From Basidioascus undulatus (lineage: Eukaryota), in the NCBI GenBank assembly GCA_000826855.1, contig JTLS01000077.1, positions 1 to 34,369 of the forward strand: a stretch of 34,369 nt of DNA. Reading direction: 5' to 3'. Below are positions 22,369 through 33,054 of this stretch, in pieces. The notes under the pieces were generated by a model that did no database searches, was not told the DNA's origin, and was given only the letters and a program-made list of their open reading frames with translations. The stretch's first letter is position 1, and each line of letters starts with the position of its first letter. The position numbers and the translations under genes were made by a program.

Positions 22369-22875
22369 TTTCTAGATGATTGCAGATGGTGTGAAGGTGG
22401 GTGTTGGTGCAAAGGGAGGTGATGGTGCAATAGCGAGGAGAGCGCGCCGGAAGGCGTGGACAAGATCATGCAGCGCCCCGGGACCGGTCACGTTGAAGCC
22501 CGGCCGGGTGATGCACGCCGAGCTCGAGACTGCTGGCTGAACTCCTGGCACTGTTCATCTCCTCCCGGGTGAATCAAGGTGCACTTTTGACGTGCTCCGA
22601 CATTTCGGCCTGAGAAACGGACGTAAACCCTTCATCAGCGTCAGAATCAAGCGCCGACTCTTGCCTTCATCGATCATGCATCATCAGACTCTTGCGCAGA
22701 CCCTTCCCTTCACCAGCATTAGATCCGTACGCAGACCCTTCACCAGATCTGTTGCAAAGTAAAAGGGGATATATGGGGAAAATATAAAGTAACTAGCCGT
22801 AACAGAGCGTAAATACTAGAAAGCGAGCATAACGTGTAGGGGAGGGTCCACAAAGACAACAAGAACGTGGGGCGG

Positions 22876-24435
22876 TCATGCCTCCAGCAGCTTCACCATG
22901 CCAAACGCGGCGCTTGCTGCTAGACCGCCGACGAGCAGCATGCTGAACGCGCCCTTGGCGTACCCGGCAATCCCGCCGCTGTCATAGAGGCAAGGCTTCG
23001 CGTCAGCAGCTGCCGCGCGTGTGGGAGGCGCAGGATGAGACGTACGTTGCGCCAGTGAAGTGGGTCTTGAAAGCGCCGAAGATCAGGAGGACGATGCCGG
23101 TGAGAATCTGTGCGTGGCGAGGCCTAAGCTTCTGAATGAGAATGAAGTGAGAGGGAAGTGCGCACAATAGAGGCGATGAGAGCGCGCTGAGCGACAGGCA
23201 TAAAGAAGTAGGGAAATAGCGGAACGAAGCCGCCGATGGCATAACCAAGACCGATCGTCTGCAATCAAGATTTCGTTAGTCGAACCAATCGCTGCAAATA
23301 TGCAAGAAGGCTAACTCACGATGGCAGAGATCCACATCCGGGCGTCCGACACCTCCTCTGCATCCAACCATTCCCATCAGCGCCTCATCCCAGCTTCCCC
23401 ATAAAGGTGAACGAAGCACTCACCCATCCCCTCCCCAAACTTGAGCAAGAACGACGTCAACCCGACGTCCTCACTCCACCGCAGCTGCTCCTCCTCGTCC
23501 GCCACGCCCTTGGCCACCTTGCCCGCGACGCCCCTCCTCCCCACGCAGCCGGCGATCTTGCGCCACACGCTCGGCTTCGGCTCCGGTTCCCGCGCGACGA
23601 TCTCCTCCTCAACCACGCGCAAGTTCTCCGCGACCAGGCGCGAGAGATTCTCGTCCACGCCGACCGGCCCGAGCACGGCGTGCACCTCCCGCTCCATCTC
23701 GCCCTCACATGACCGCGCGACGCGCTCGCGGGTCGTGCGACGGAGGTACCTGAACGAGGAAGGTGTTTCTCAACGCAAGATGTGAGGAGTGAGGAGAAAA
23801 TAAGACGAACCGGAAGTGGTCGCGCTCCGCCTCGGACGCGAGGTAGCCGCCGATGCCCATGGAGATGGCACCCGCGATGAGCTCAGCCAGCCCACCTAGG
23901 ACGACAAGTCGAGAGTCGCCGAGCCCAGACCTGTCCATCCCACCCGCGATCAGCACCACGTCCATTCATCTCAGTAGCCTTATCTGAAATTGACTCACAG
24001 TCCAGCAGTCAGCGCGAACGGCACCGTCAACCCATCGCTCAAGCCGATAATGACATCCCGGACGATATCGGGGTCGATGAGCGTGCGCTCGTCCTCGCCC
24101 TTGAGGTCCTTGCAGCAGACGCCGTCGCGGATGTCAGAGTGGCGGTCACACTTGCTGGGCAAGGGTGCGTCGTCCGCAAGGAGCCCGGCCAGGCGGGAGG
24201 CGTGCTTCTTGGAGAGCGTTTCGGTCGTCCAGACGGGGTTCGAGTGGGTGTCGTCGACGACCTTGGAAGAGCGCTTGGGGAGCGCGACGGAGGGTGCGTC
24301 TGCGGGTGGCGCGACGACGGTCGAGGAGGTCGAGACGTCGGCGGAGGAGCGTGTGCGGCCGCACCGGCTGCCGCCACAGCAGCCGTTCGGGTTGTTGCAC
24401 GACCGCTTAGTGTCGAGGTCGTGCGGATTGAACAT
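22876..24435 (-). CDS. CCC1: Vacuolar iron/manganese transporter, VIT1/CCC1 family, 7 exons
   Basis: VRDVIIGLSDGLTVPFALTAGLSGLGDSRLVVLGGLAELIAGAISMGIGGYLASEAE, SAITIGLGYAIGGFVPLFPYFF, LLIFGAFK. Splices in frame to ...VKLLEA*. Confidence 0.95.
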
Positions 24436-24675
24436 GGTGCTGGTTGACGGGGTGGTAGAACAGAGATCAGAGGAGGAAAACAGTAAAAATCAGGAGAGGG
24501 GCGCGGGAGGTGAGCGTGAGCGAGAAAGATGAGCGAGGAAGGGAAACTTGGTGACGAAGCTTGCCGAGACTCGCGCGAGAGGGCCTGTCTGTACCTATCT
24601 GGACTGCGGCGGTTCGAGAGTTCAGGCTAGGACGCCCCCTAACGACGGATGCATAATCCTATTCTCCATCTTTGC

Positions 24676-24699
24676 CCAATCGCAGCGTCGCCGTTTGAC
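24676..24699 (+). promoter_or_regulatory. Candidate CBC:HapX bipartite iron-response element upstream of CCC1
   Basis: CCAAT (24676-24680), N12, GTT (24693-24695), TGAC, matching CSAAT-N12-RWT. About 240 bp upstream of the CCC1 ATG. Confidence 0.45.
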
Positions 24700-25698
24700 G
24701 ATCCCCCGCACCCGCACGCCAAAGCCATGCGGCCCCCTGCGCGGAGAGCGGAATGAAAGAGATGTGAGTCGACGACGCCAGCGACAGCCCATCGTAGCCT
24801 GCAGTCAGCACTTTGCTTAAGATGTGAGTGGACCAGCAGACTTTCTCGGTGACCGAGGCAGACGTGACATCCTCCGAGTGCCGAAAATTTACATCAATCA
24901 GCCTTCTGATTCAACAGAGCTCCTGTATGTAAAAACACCCCCATGGCTTCCCTTCGCACGGTCCGCAATCTGAAGTCGACTGTGTCTACACAGCAGCTGC
25001 GTCTTCCGCTTCAGCGTCTTCCACCTCAGCTGCGAGTGAGCAAGACGTCGCAAGCTTCGGATAGAGGATACAGTTATGCATACATCGTAGAGTGTGGGAG
25101 AGAAGAGAAGTCATTTACCGTACGTGCAGGAAGGCGCTGAAAAGGTATCCACAGTGGCATGTGTGCAACAATGAGCACCAATGAGCACCGCCCAAGGCTC
25201 CCTGGGTTTCAGTCGCCTTGATGGTATCACAAGCAAGGCTGCTTGAAACGACGGTTCATTTAATGCTCAGACTGTTTAACACGTCCGACACAGAGACAGA
25301 AACACATCACTTATCCACCCCCTCGTCGCTCGTGCTCAGTCAACATGCTGTTGTCCTCTTCGTGCTCGACGCAGCAATTCCTCCTCTGTATCGCTGCTTT
25401 CAGCTGCTTGCACTATAGCACGATGTACCACACATTAATTGCAACAGAACACGGACAATGAGATGGGAGGGTCTTGGTGTGTCTACCGAAGGGACGTTAA
25501 GGGGGTACATGTCCTGTGTTCTGTGTTGCGCGAACGTCTCGTACGGCTGCGTAGGGCCTAGAGTCATTGGTGTTCCCCAAGTGTTCCCACAATGGCCTTT
25601 CTCCCTTATCTTTGTGCCGCTCTGATCGTCGCTCCCCCTCATCCTCGTTCCTTTCGCAAAACTCCAGCATCTGTACGACAGCTCAGCCATGTCTAGCC

Positions 25699-26610
25699 AT
25701 GTCTACTTCTCAGATGTCACCTCCGGCAAAGACCACTCGACTGCTGGAGACCGTATCGCCCCTGTTCTCCATCCCGACCGGTTTTGTGCTCCGCTCTGCC
25801 GACAAGGTTCTTTTCAACGTGCAAAATTTCATGCTTCTAGTTGTATCTGCGGTGTTCCTGGGGATGCTCAGCATGCCCCAGCCATCGCGACAGCCCCCGG
25901 AGGACCTTACCAGCGAAACGCTCTCGCACAGCCACGTCGAAGCCCACTCGCCAACTCATGGTGGTTGATGTGGATGACCAGTCACTCGATCTCACGCCGT
26001 TCTTCGTCTTGCTATGCCACATATTACCATCACCTGAATTTGGGACAATCGAATCTGTCGAAGCGGTCGCCCGGCTTGCGGACAAGTACGACTCTTCGAT
26101 CGCGTTGAACAGCCTCCGCGCTCCGCTCCTCCTCATTGCGAGCGAGTGCCCGTTCGATGCTTTCGCTTTCGCTGCACGCTCGGGTTGGACGGATATCGCG
26201 GCAAAAGTTTCCACGCTTACCCTGAGATATCTCATTGACGCGTTGACGGCCGCTCAAGCCTAACTATTCGCTCTGTTGACCTTCATCGCTTTTTTCGCCT
26301 GCATCGCGAGCGTTACCGCCAGACTGTGGAGCTCCTTGAGGAATACAAGGTTGAAGATAACCCCACATCCTGCATCACTGTCATGTCAGAGAAAACTTGG
26401 AAATGTGGTGGCCAACGGCGAAGGCGCATTTCAGCGCCGACCCTCAAGATGCACTTTCCAATCGAAACTCGATTTGGTGCGGATTCCATATTCTACTCTG
26501 ACATAAGCAATAAAAGACAGGGAGTCTGCTATGCGTGTCTTGAGGTGTTAACAAGGGACGTTGTGGACGTGCAGGACAAGTGGAAAGAGCAGCTGCCTAC
26601 TTCAATCAAT
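25699..26610 (+). pseudogene. BTB/POZ-domain protein pseudogene
   Basis: FVLRSADKVLFNVQNFMLLVVSAVFLGMLSMPQP, then a frameshift near 25940 to VEAVARLADKYD..PFDAFAFAARSGW, TAA at 26261, then a second frame change to RFFRLHRER...CYAC...WKEQLPTSI. No introns explain the breaks. Confidence 0.78.
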
Positions 26611-27984
26611 GTGAGCAGTCGGTTCTATTTCACAGACCTGTTTGTCGGTCACTTCTTGCCCCAAGGCCCTGACACTCAAGCTTTAAGGATGTCTGATTTT
26701 CATGATATTGTGCGACCATGGGATCATTTGTAACTCTTGAAGACGAACATGTGGGGCTTATCCTGCTGCTTCCTTGAAAGCGGGTTCACATTCATGCATG
26801 ATAGGCTTTTCTCCCTCGGTTGTATCGCGACTCCCGATACTGAACTCGAGGTCTTTCGGCTTCTGGGCCCTCAATTCGACCTTCTGTGTACTTCATGGCA
26901 CTTTTCCATTCAGCGTTACCCTGAAGTTGGGACAAAAACTCACCGGAGACAGTCACAAGGAAAGACAGTTGCTGCCGCAAACGTCCAGGCATTGCCTTCA
27001 ACGTTATTTCATCTGGTGTCAGGATAAAGTTTGGGTAAAGGGAGGGTTGATGTGGCCAAGGCCACGTTGCGTCGTCTCGATACGCTCGCTACAGGGTCTA
27101 AAATGTTTTGTGAGAATCTCATGATGTGAGAGCTTATGGATGCGTGGGCGGGTAGCGTCGGGCAGATGTATCAGGATGGGTGGACGCGGCCTTGCCCTGC
27201 GCGAAGCAACGAAGTGACAGATGAATACCATGAATTCTTTGTTCTTAACAGAAATCATAGTTTAGTCTAAAAAGGTACCTATTTTACATTTGAGAAATTT
27301 GAAGGCTTCAGGGGCGAGGCGCACATTTCAGCATGCCCACCGTTGTTTTACACTTCCTCCTGTCTCCCACACAGCTCCTGCGAGCACAAGGCTGAGTGCC
27401 AAGTATCAAGACAGCAAAAAGCACAAGTATGACAAGAGACTGTTTGCGAAGTAATAGCTTCGTTGTATGAGATACTGTGAGCGAGCGAGAGGTGTGACTG
27501 GAAGCTACCCGGCTGCGCACGTGGATCACAAACGAATCCTATAGCTCTTTAACTCTTCAAGTCCCTTCCCATACTGTCCGGCCGGTTTCATCCCCACGAT
27601 ACGGATACAATTCTATTTTTATTCGTTACCCCAACTTACTGACTCTCAGCTCACAACGGCAAATACATGTGAAATCTCGCTCGCTGGCAGTTTCAAAGTG
27701 GAGACCATCCGCTCTTCCACCCCGCCGACGCTTGCGTCAGTGCTCTGCCGTCTGCCGCGAATATTGAAGAGTACGTCAGGTATTTGCCGGTCGACGTTCT
27801 CGCTGGTGGCACATGTGCTCGTATAAATTATCAAGCCTGACGTTGCCTGGCGCATCCCTCCCTCATTTCCTCCACTATTGTACCCAACGTGCTCACAACA
27901 AACCGGTCACATATTCGCGCGAAGCACTCACCCTATCCAAGCACTTCGCCTTCTCGCATCGTTCTTCGATAGTACCTATCCACC

Positions 27985-29538
27985 ATGGGCGGACTGGTCA
28001 GTTCCATCGCACCTCAATCCGTGCTTTCCCAGTCGTTCCCGCCGAAGCCGCACTGGACGGCTGCGGATATTCCGGACCTCAGTGGAAAGGTGCATCTTCC
28101 ATCGCACTCATGGCTGAACATGTAGATGGCTCATTTCGTATCCGATCGATAGGTCATCATCGTCACGGGGGGAAACACTGGTCAGATTCCTGCGGCAGCT
28201 TGCACGCGTATGATCACTGATCCGCGACTAGCGGATTAACTCAGGTGTTGGTTACGTGACGGTCAAAGCGCTGCTTTCTCGCAACGCCAAGGTCTATCTG
28301 GCCGCGCGCACGCCTTCCAAAGCGGAAGCCGCCGTTGAGCGCCTCAGGTCCGAGACGGGTCGCGAGCCGGTGCTGCTTCAGCTCGACCTGGCCGACTTGA
28401 AGAGCGTTCGGACAGCCGCTGACGAGTTCCTGGGCAAGGAGAGCGAGCTTCACGTGCTGTTCAACAATGCGTGAGTAACACTGAGAGTGCTTTGGATCGA
28501 TGCGCTGAACTAGCTGTGTTCGGCGAACAGAGGCGTGATGATTCCTCCGACCGATCAGCTCACGGCTCAGGGATACGACCTTCAGTTCGGGACGAACGTA
28601 TTGGGACACTGTGCGTATAGTCGTCTCGCTCATAGTTCTACTGTCTGGTCCTACAGGCGTAGAACAGAGACTGACTATGTCGCCCCTACCTGTAGGGTTC
28701 TTTACGGTACGCCTTCAACTCCGGTCGCTTTGCTCAGCTTATCTGGTCTGATCTCCTCATTTTTTCCACACATAGACACTGCTTGTGCGTGGTTCCTCTC
28801 CTCATCTTTTCGGAAGCACGCAACTCAAGCTGCATTTCTCTCCTCCTAGGTCCCAGCTCTTGAGCGCGCCACCGCGTCGACAGGCCAGAAGGCGCGGGTG
28901 ATCCACACGTCCTCGTCCGCGCATGAGCTCACCCTTCCGGCGGGTGAGACGGGCATCGACTGGGACACGCTCAAGGATGGGCCGGCGAGGGACAAGAAGA
29001 ACTTGCCCACTTGGACGCTCTACGGGCAGAGCAAGGTGAGTCTGTCTTCGACTTTTCTTCTACCACGGGGCCTTTCGTTGCTTGTTCACCATCAATTCAT
29101 CTACTAACCATCTCCCCTCTGCCCATTTTTATAGCTGGGCAACGTCCTCACCTCGAACCTCTTCGTGCGACACCACTCGGACATCCTCGTCTCGGCAGCC
29201 GTGAACCCCGGCAATATCAAAACCGACCTCCAACGCTACGTTCCCGGATGGCAACAGACCATCCTCAACTTGATTCTGTACCCCGCCTACTACGGCGCGA
29301 TCACGCAGCTGTGGGCGGGCACCGCGCCCGAGGCGGAGGGGTGCGCCGGCAAGGTGCGTGATTCGTTGAGATGGTTGTCCATCGCGCCGGGCTTGCTCAT
29401 CCTTTGTGGCCTGGCTTGGGTTGGTGACAGTACCTCATCCCGTGGGCGCGTGTGGGGAAGGCCGACAAGCGTGCGGCGAATACCGAGACGCAGGACAAGC
29501 TGGAGGCGTGGCTGAAGGAGCAGGTCAAGGGGTTTTAA
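27985..29538 (+). CDS. Short-chain dehydrogenase/reductase (retinol dehydrogenase-like), 9 exons including 11-nt and 9-nt microexons
   Basis: [19 protein letters not shown] (TGxxxGxG), [23 protein letters not shown], catalytic [15 protein letters not shown]; ends WLKEQVKGF*. Confidence 0.94.
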
Positions 29539-30298
29539 ACGATTTGTGGTTTAGATATTCGCTTGGCATACTCGTTTCCAGGGTTTGTATTGGTGGAACA
29601 CGTGGATCAATAGAGGTTCTACGCATGAAAATGTCTGCTGTGGACGCTGAACCTCTAGAAGCTGAGCGCCTGTGCCATACCATGGGTGGCACAGCATCAC
29701 GGCCAGTCTATAAAGTGGCCACTATGTAAATTTCTGATCTATGTGATTCCCAGCCGCTGCGATGCAGCGCTGCAGCAGTGCTCTTTAACAACTCGATTCA
29801 GTGTCTTCTGAATCGGAAAGATTTATGTACGCAATGGGGCCTCATTCGGAAGGCTTTGAGCTCAGTAGCTGAGCCAGAGCGCACAGCACGCTGCGAGCGC
29901 CGGCCCCACGCCCCAATGTCTCCAGATGCACAACGCGCATGTCGGTATGTGGAAACAGCAAGCTTTTCCCCACTCGAGCCAGTCCATGGATGTCAAACCA
30001 ACGCTCCATCTCTGGAAGTAAATACAAACATAGGTTGCTGGCTATGAAACGAAAATCGGCTGCGTCTGCTTCACGACAGGCCGACAGACAGCGCGACCCA
30101 CACACGTTTGCGCACTCCGGATGCTCTCCTTCTTCCGTCTTTCAGGCTCTCTGTCTCTAACCGGGGTTAGTCTACATCAATTTTACCCAAACTTCACCAA
30201 ATCAACAAAGCTTCTGAGGCGCGGCTTCACGAGACGCGAATGACTTCCACGTTCTCTCTTGCTTTCCCCCTTTCACATTCTTCAACCCCCACCATGCC

Positions 30299-30974
30299 AT
30301 GTTTTGCGACGAGCTGGATCCTGAATTCGGAGCGATCAGGGAGCGCACCAGGCTAGAGAAGGCCAAATGCCAGATCCGAAGCCAGGTGCAGGACGTCCGC
30401 CGACGTCTCGATAGCCTACAGTGCGGGGCGAAGGAGCGCGACTCGGACTCGGAGGACTCGCTTCGGGACGAGCTCTCCGCGCTCGAGAAGGAGGACGAGA
30501 AGATTAAAGCGGATCTAAACAAGCTGGAGAGCCTCCGGAAGCTCGCCATGCTGCTGGTGGCGGAGGGGCGGAGGGTGGAGCGAGAAAAGCGTCTCTTTGA
30601 TAGGAGACACCGTGTCGCCTTGGAGGATGCCACAGCGCGGGGGGCGAGCATTGCAGGTACGCCTTTCGGACTGCACCACTGTGAAAATCTCCTGGTGGCT
30701 CAACATGGTGGGGCACGGTTCAGGAATACGCTTCGTCCTGAGCCCGCCAGACAAGGTGGCCGACGCTGGGCACGCTCACGAGTGCGTTGATTCATTGTCG
30801 ACGGTCTCGCCGTAAGACGTGCAACTGACTCTCATGTCTAGGCAACCTCGCCCCTGGTCACAGATCGCTCGCCTTTCCCCACGGCTCCCTCTTGGAGCCG
30901 CTTTCGGCGGCAGCATCGCGCGAGCGCTGTCTGAACGACTTCGGCTGCGGAAGGCCGCCCGCCGACGTGGATGA
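30299..30974 (+). CDS. Orphan coiled-coil protein, paralog A, 182 aa (exons 30299-30656, 30724-30781, 30842-30974)
   Basis: Splices in frame. Shares intron positions and the motifs SDSEDSL, ARGASI.GI.F.L.PPDK and FGG.IARAL.ERLRL.KAARRRG* with paralog B. Confidence 0.72.
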
Positions 30975-31829
30975 CGGATGCCGCTTGTTGGTTCTGCTAC
31001 GAGGGATATGATAACGGTCTCTGAATGCTCAGACAAAACCCGACAGTACCTGGCACGCGATGTGTGGATGAAGCGCAGTCGCAAATCAAACGTGACTGCT
31101 AGTCGTACAGTTGTCTAACGTCTGCAATGGGTGCTGAACCTTTTCCTGCTGAGCAAGTGTGCATACATCGGTTTCCAAGAATTACTGAAACCTACAATAT
31201 GGTGATTAGATTTCTGATCGAAATGACTGCAACCCGCTGCGTTCTAGTCTTGTTGCACTGTTAGTTCTCCAACAAACAAATACGGCTGTACGGTGAGATG
31301 TACCGGCCGAAAGGGCTCAGTCCTTCCTGAATTGGACGATGGCTCTTTCGTGTAGGAAAAGATGCTTCAGGCGAAGATTTTCTGAACTCGGTAGCTGAGC
31401 CAGAGCGCTTGAGTATGTTGCGAGTTTGTCCATGCTCCAGCCTTTCCCCATGCATAGCGCCATGTCGCTAATGATGTAGAAATACCACAACCTTCTTCCT
31501 GCTCAAGAATTTTCATGGATGAAAAACTAGCTTTTCTTCGATTCAAAACAAAGACAAAAACAGAGTGACTGGACACGCGGTGAAAATTCGCTGCGTCTGA
31601 CAGTCCGAAACGTACCGCAGTAAGCTGTCGCGGTCGCACGTTCCGGACACGCACCTTGCTTCCGTCAGGCTGTCTGTCTCTAGCTGGTACTGGTCTGTCT
31701 CGTTTTGGATCCGTAATTCACTGATTCAACGCCACTCCAGGAGGCGCGGCTTCTCAAGACGCGACTGGTCCGAGCTCACGAGCTTACTCTTTTCGCTTCC
31801 ACTCTCACCCTCTTTAACCTCATCACGTC

Positions 31830-32503
31830 ATGTCTTTCGACCAGTACCCAGATGATATGGAAGAGTTCAAGAAGATGTACATGCTTGACATGGCTCGGGA
31901 CGACATTAGACGCCAAATTCAGGACATCCTCAGACGTCGCGATTGCCTACAGCGCGGCGTAACGGAGCACAGCTCCGACTCGGAAGACTCGCTGGGGAAG
32001 AAGCTTGGTGAGCTCTACCAGGAGGAGCGTGAGAATATGATGGAGCAGAAGGTGCAGAGGAACCGCAGGCGGACGAGGATCCTGCAGGAGGACACGGAGA
32101 GGAGGAAGATGCTCGAGCAGCTACGCTTCGAATCGGATGCCGCGGCGAGGGGTGCGAGCATTCAGGGTACGTTCCGACTTCACCACTGTTCAAACTCTTG
32201 ATAGCTCAAGAAGGTGGGAATACTTCAGGGATACTCTTCACCCTGACGCCGCCAGACAAGCTCGACGACGGGCAGCCTCAAGAGTGCGTTCCTTCAGCAT
32301 CGACGCGCTCGCCTCGGGATGACTTGCAAATGACTCTCCAGTCTAGGCAATCTGGCACACCTCCCACCGTCGACGCTCTTGTAACCCCGAGATCGACCGC
32401 CTTCGTCCCCGGTTCCTTCTTGATGCCGCCTTTCGGTGGTGGCATCGCGCGGGCGCTGACTGAGCGACTGCGACTGCTGAAGGCCGCCCGCCGACGCGGA
32501 TGA
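31830..32503 (+). CDS. Orphan coiled-coil protein, paralog B, 182 aa (exons 31830-32166, 32229-32283, 32347-32503)
   Basis: Splices in frame with the same exon phases and conserved motifs as paralog A. Confidence 0.75.
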
Positions 32504-33054
32504 TGGATGTCGTATTTTGGTTCTGCTGCATTGTATATATCGGCTTGCCTTGCCTATGCGAACATAGAATCTGAAGATGCCGACCAAGCCGTTTGCACGC
32601 GCTGCGTGGATGAGGCGCGGCAATAGGTTAGTGAATCGTGACTGCATGCCGTACCTATCAGACAACGCTGCCCGACATGGGCTTGACACGAGCTCTGGAT
32701 CTGGAGAAACCGCGTGTTTGTAGTAAGTACCGCCTGATATTCTACCTTCAAGCGATGCAAAATAAGTGAGGGCATCCAGTGCAACGCAGTCAGTTTCGGC
32801 TTGACTTCGAGATCACCCACTGGCCCTCCCACCGCTCTGATCCCCGCCTCCCGGAATTGTTTTTCTTACGACTACTATACATCTGCATTCACCTCTTCTG
32901 CTGTTTAGCTCATGACTTGACAACGAGAGATAACGTGATTGCATCATCACTTCCCGCGCACTCTTGGATCTCGAGGATCCCGAGCGCACGGGCGAGGCTT
33001 CGCTTTCCTCCATTCCACCACCGTCTCCATTTTCCCATCACCGCGTTCACTCCC

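Larger units (their letters stand above)
29730..32645 (+). repeat. Diverged tandem direct duplication, unit about 1.5 kb (about 29730-31100 and 31210-32645)
   Basis: Collinear shared blocks in promoter, exons, introns and 3' flank: ATTTCTGATC, GTAGCTGAGCCAGAGCGC, GCTGCGTCTG, GAGGCGCGGCTTC.C.AGACGCGA, AAGGCCGCCCGCCGACG, TTGGTTCTGCT, GTGGATGA, CGTGACTGC. Confidence 0.88.

Noticed and set aside
22695..22750. Duplicated CGCAGACCCTT...CACCAG in the CCC1 3' flank
   Set aside because: A short imperfect local duplication with no evidence of function.
16421..29538. Secondary-metabolite cluster (glycosyltransferase, dehydratase, SDR, transporter)
   Set aside because: No backbone enzyme (PKS, NRPS or terpene synthase). 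The genes have unrelated housekeeping roles and are separated by pseudogenes.
30657..30723. Paralog A as a pseudogene through loss of a splice acceptor (TAG>TGG)
   Set aside because: Both paralogs share a downstream TTCAG acceptor that gives normal-sized introns and intact frames.
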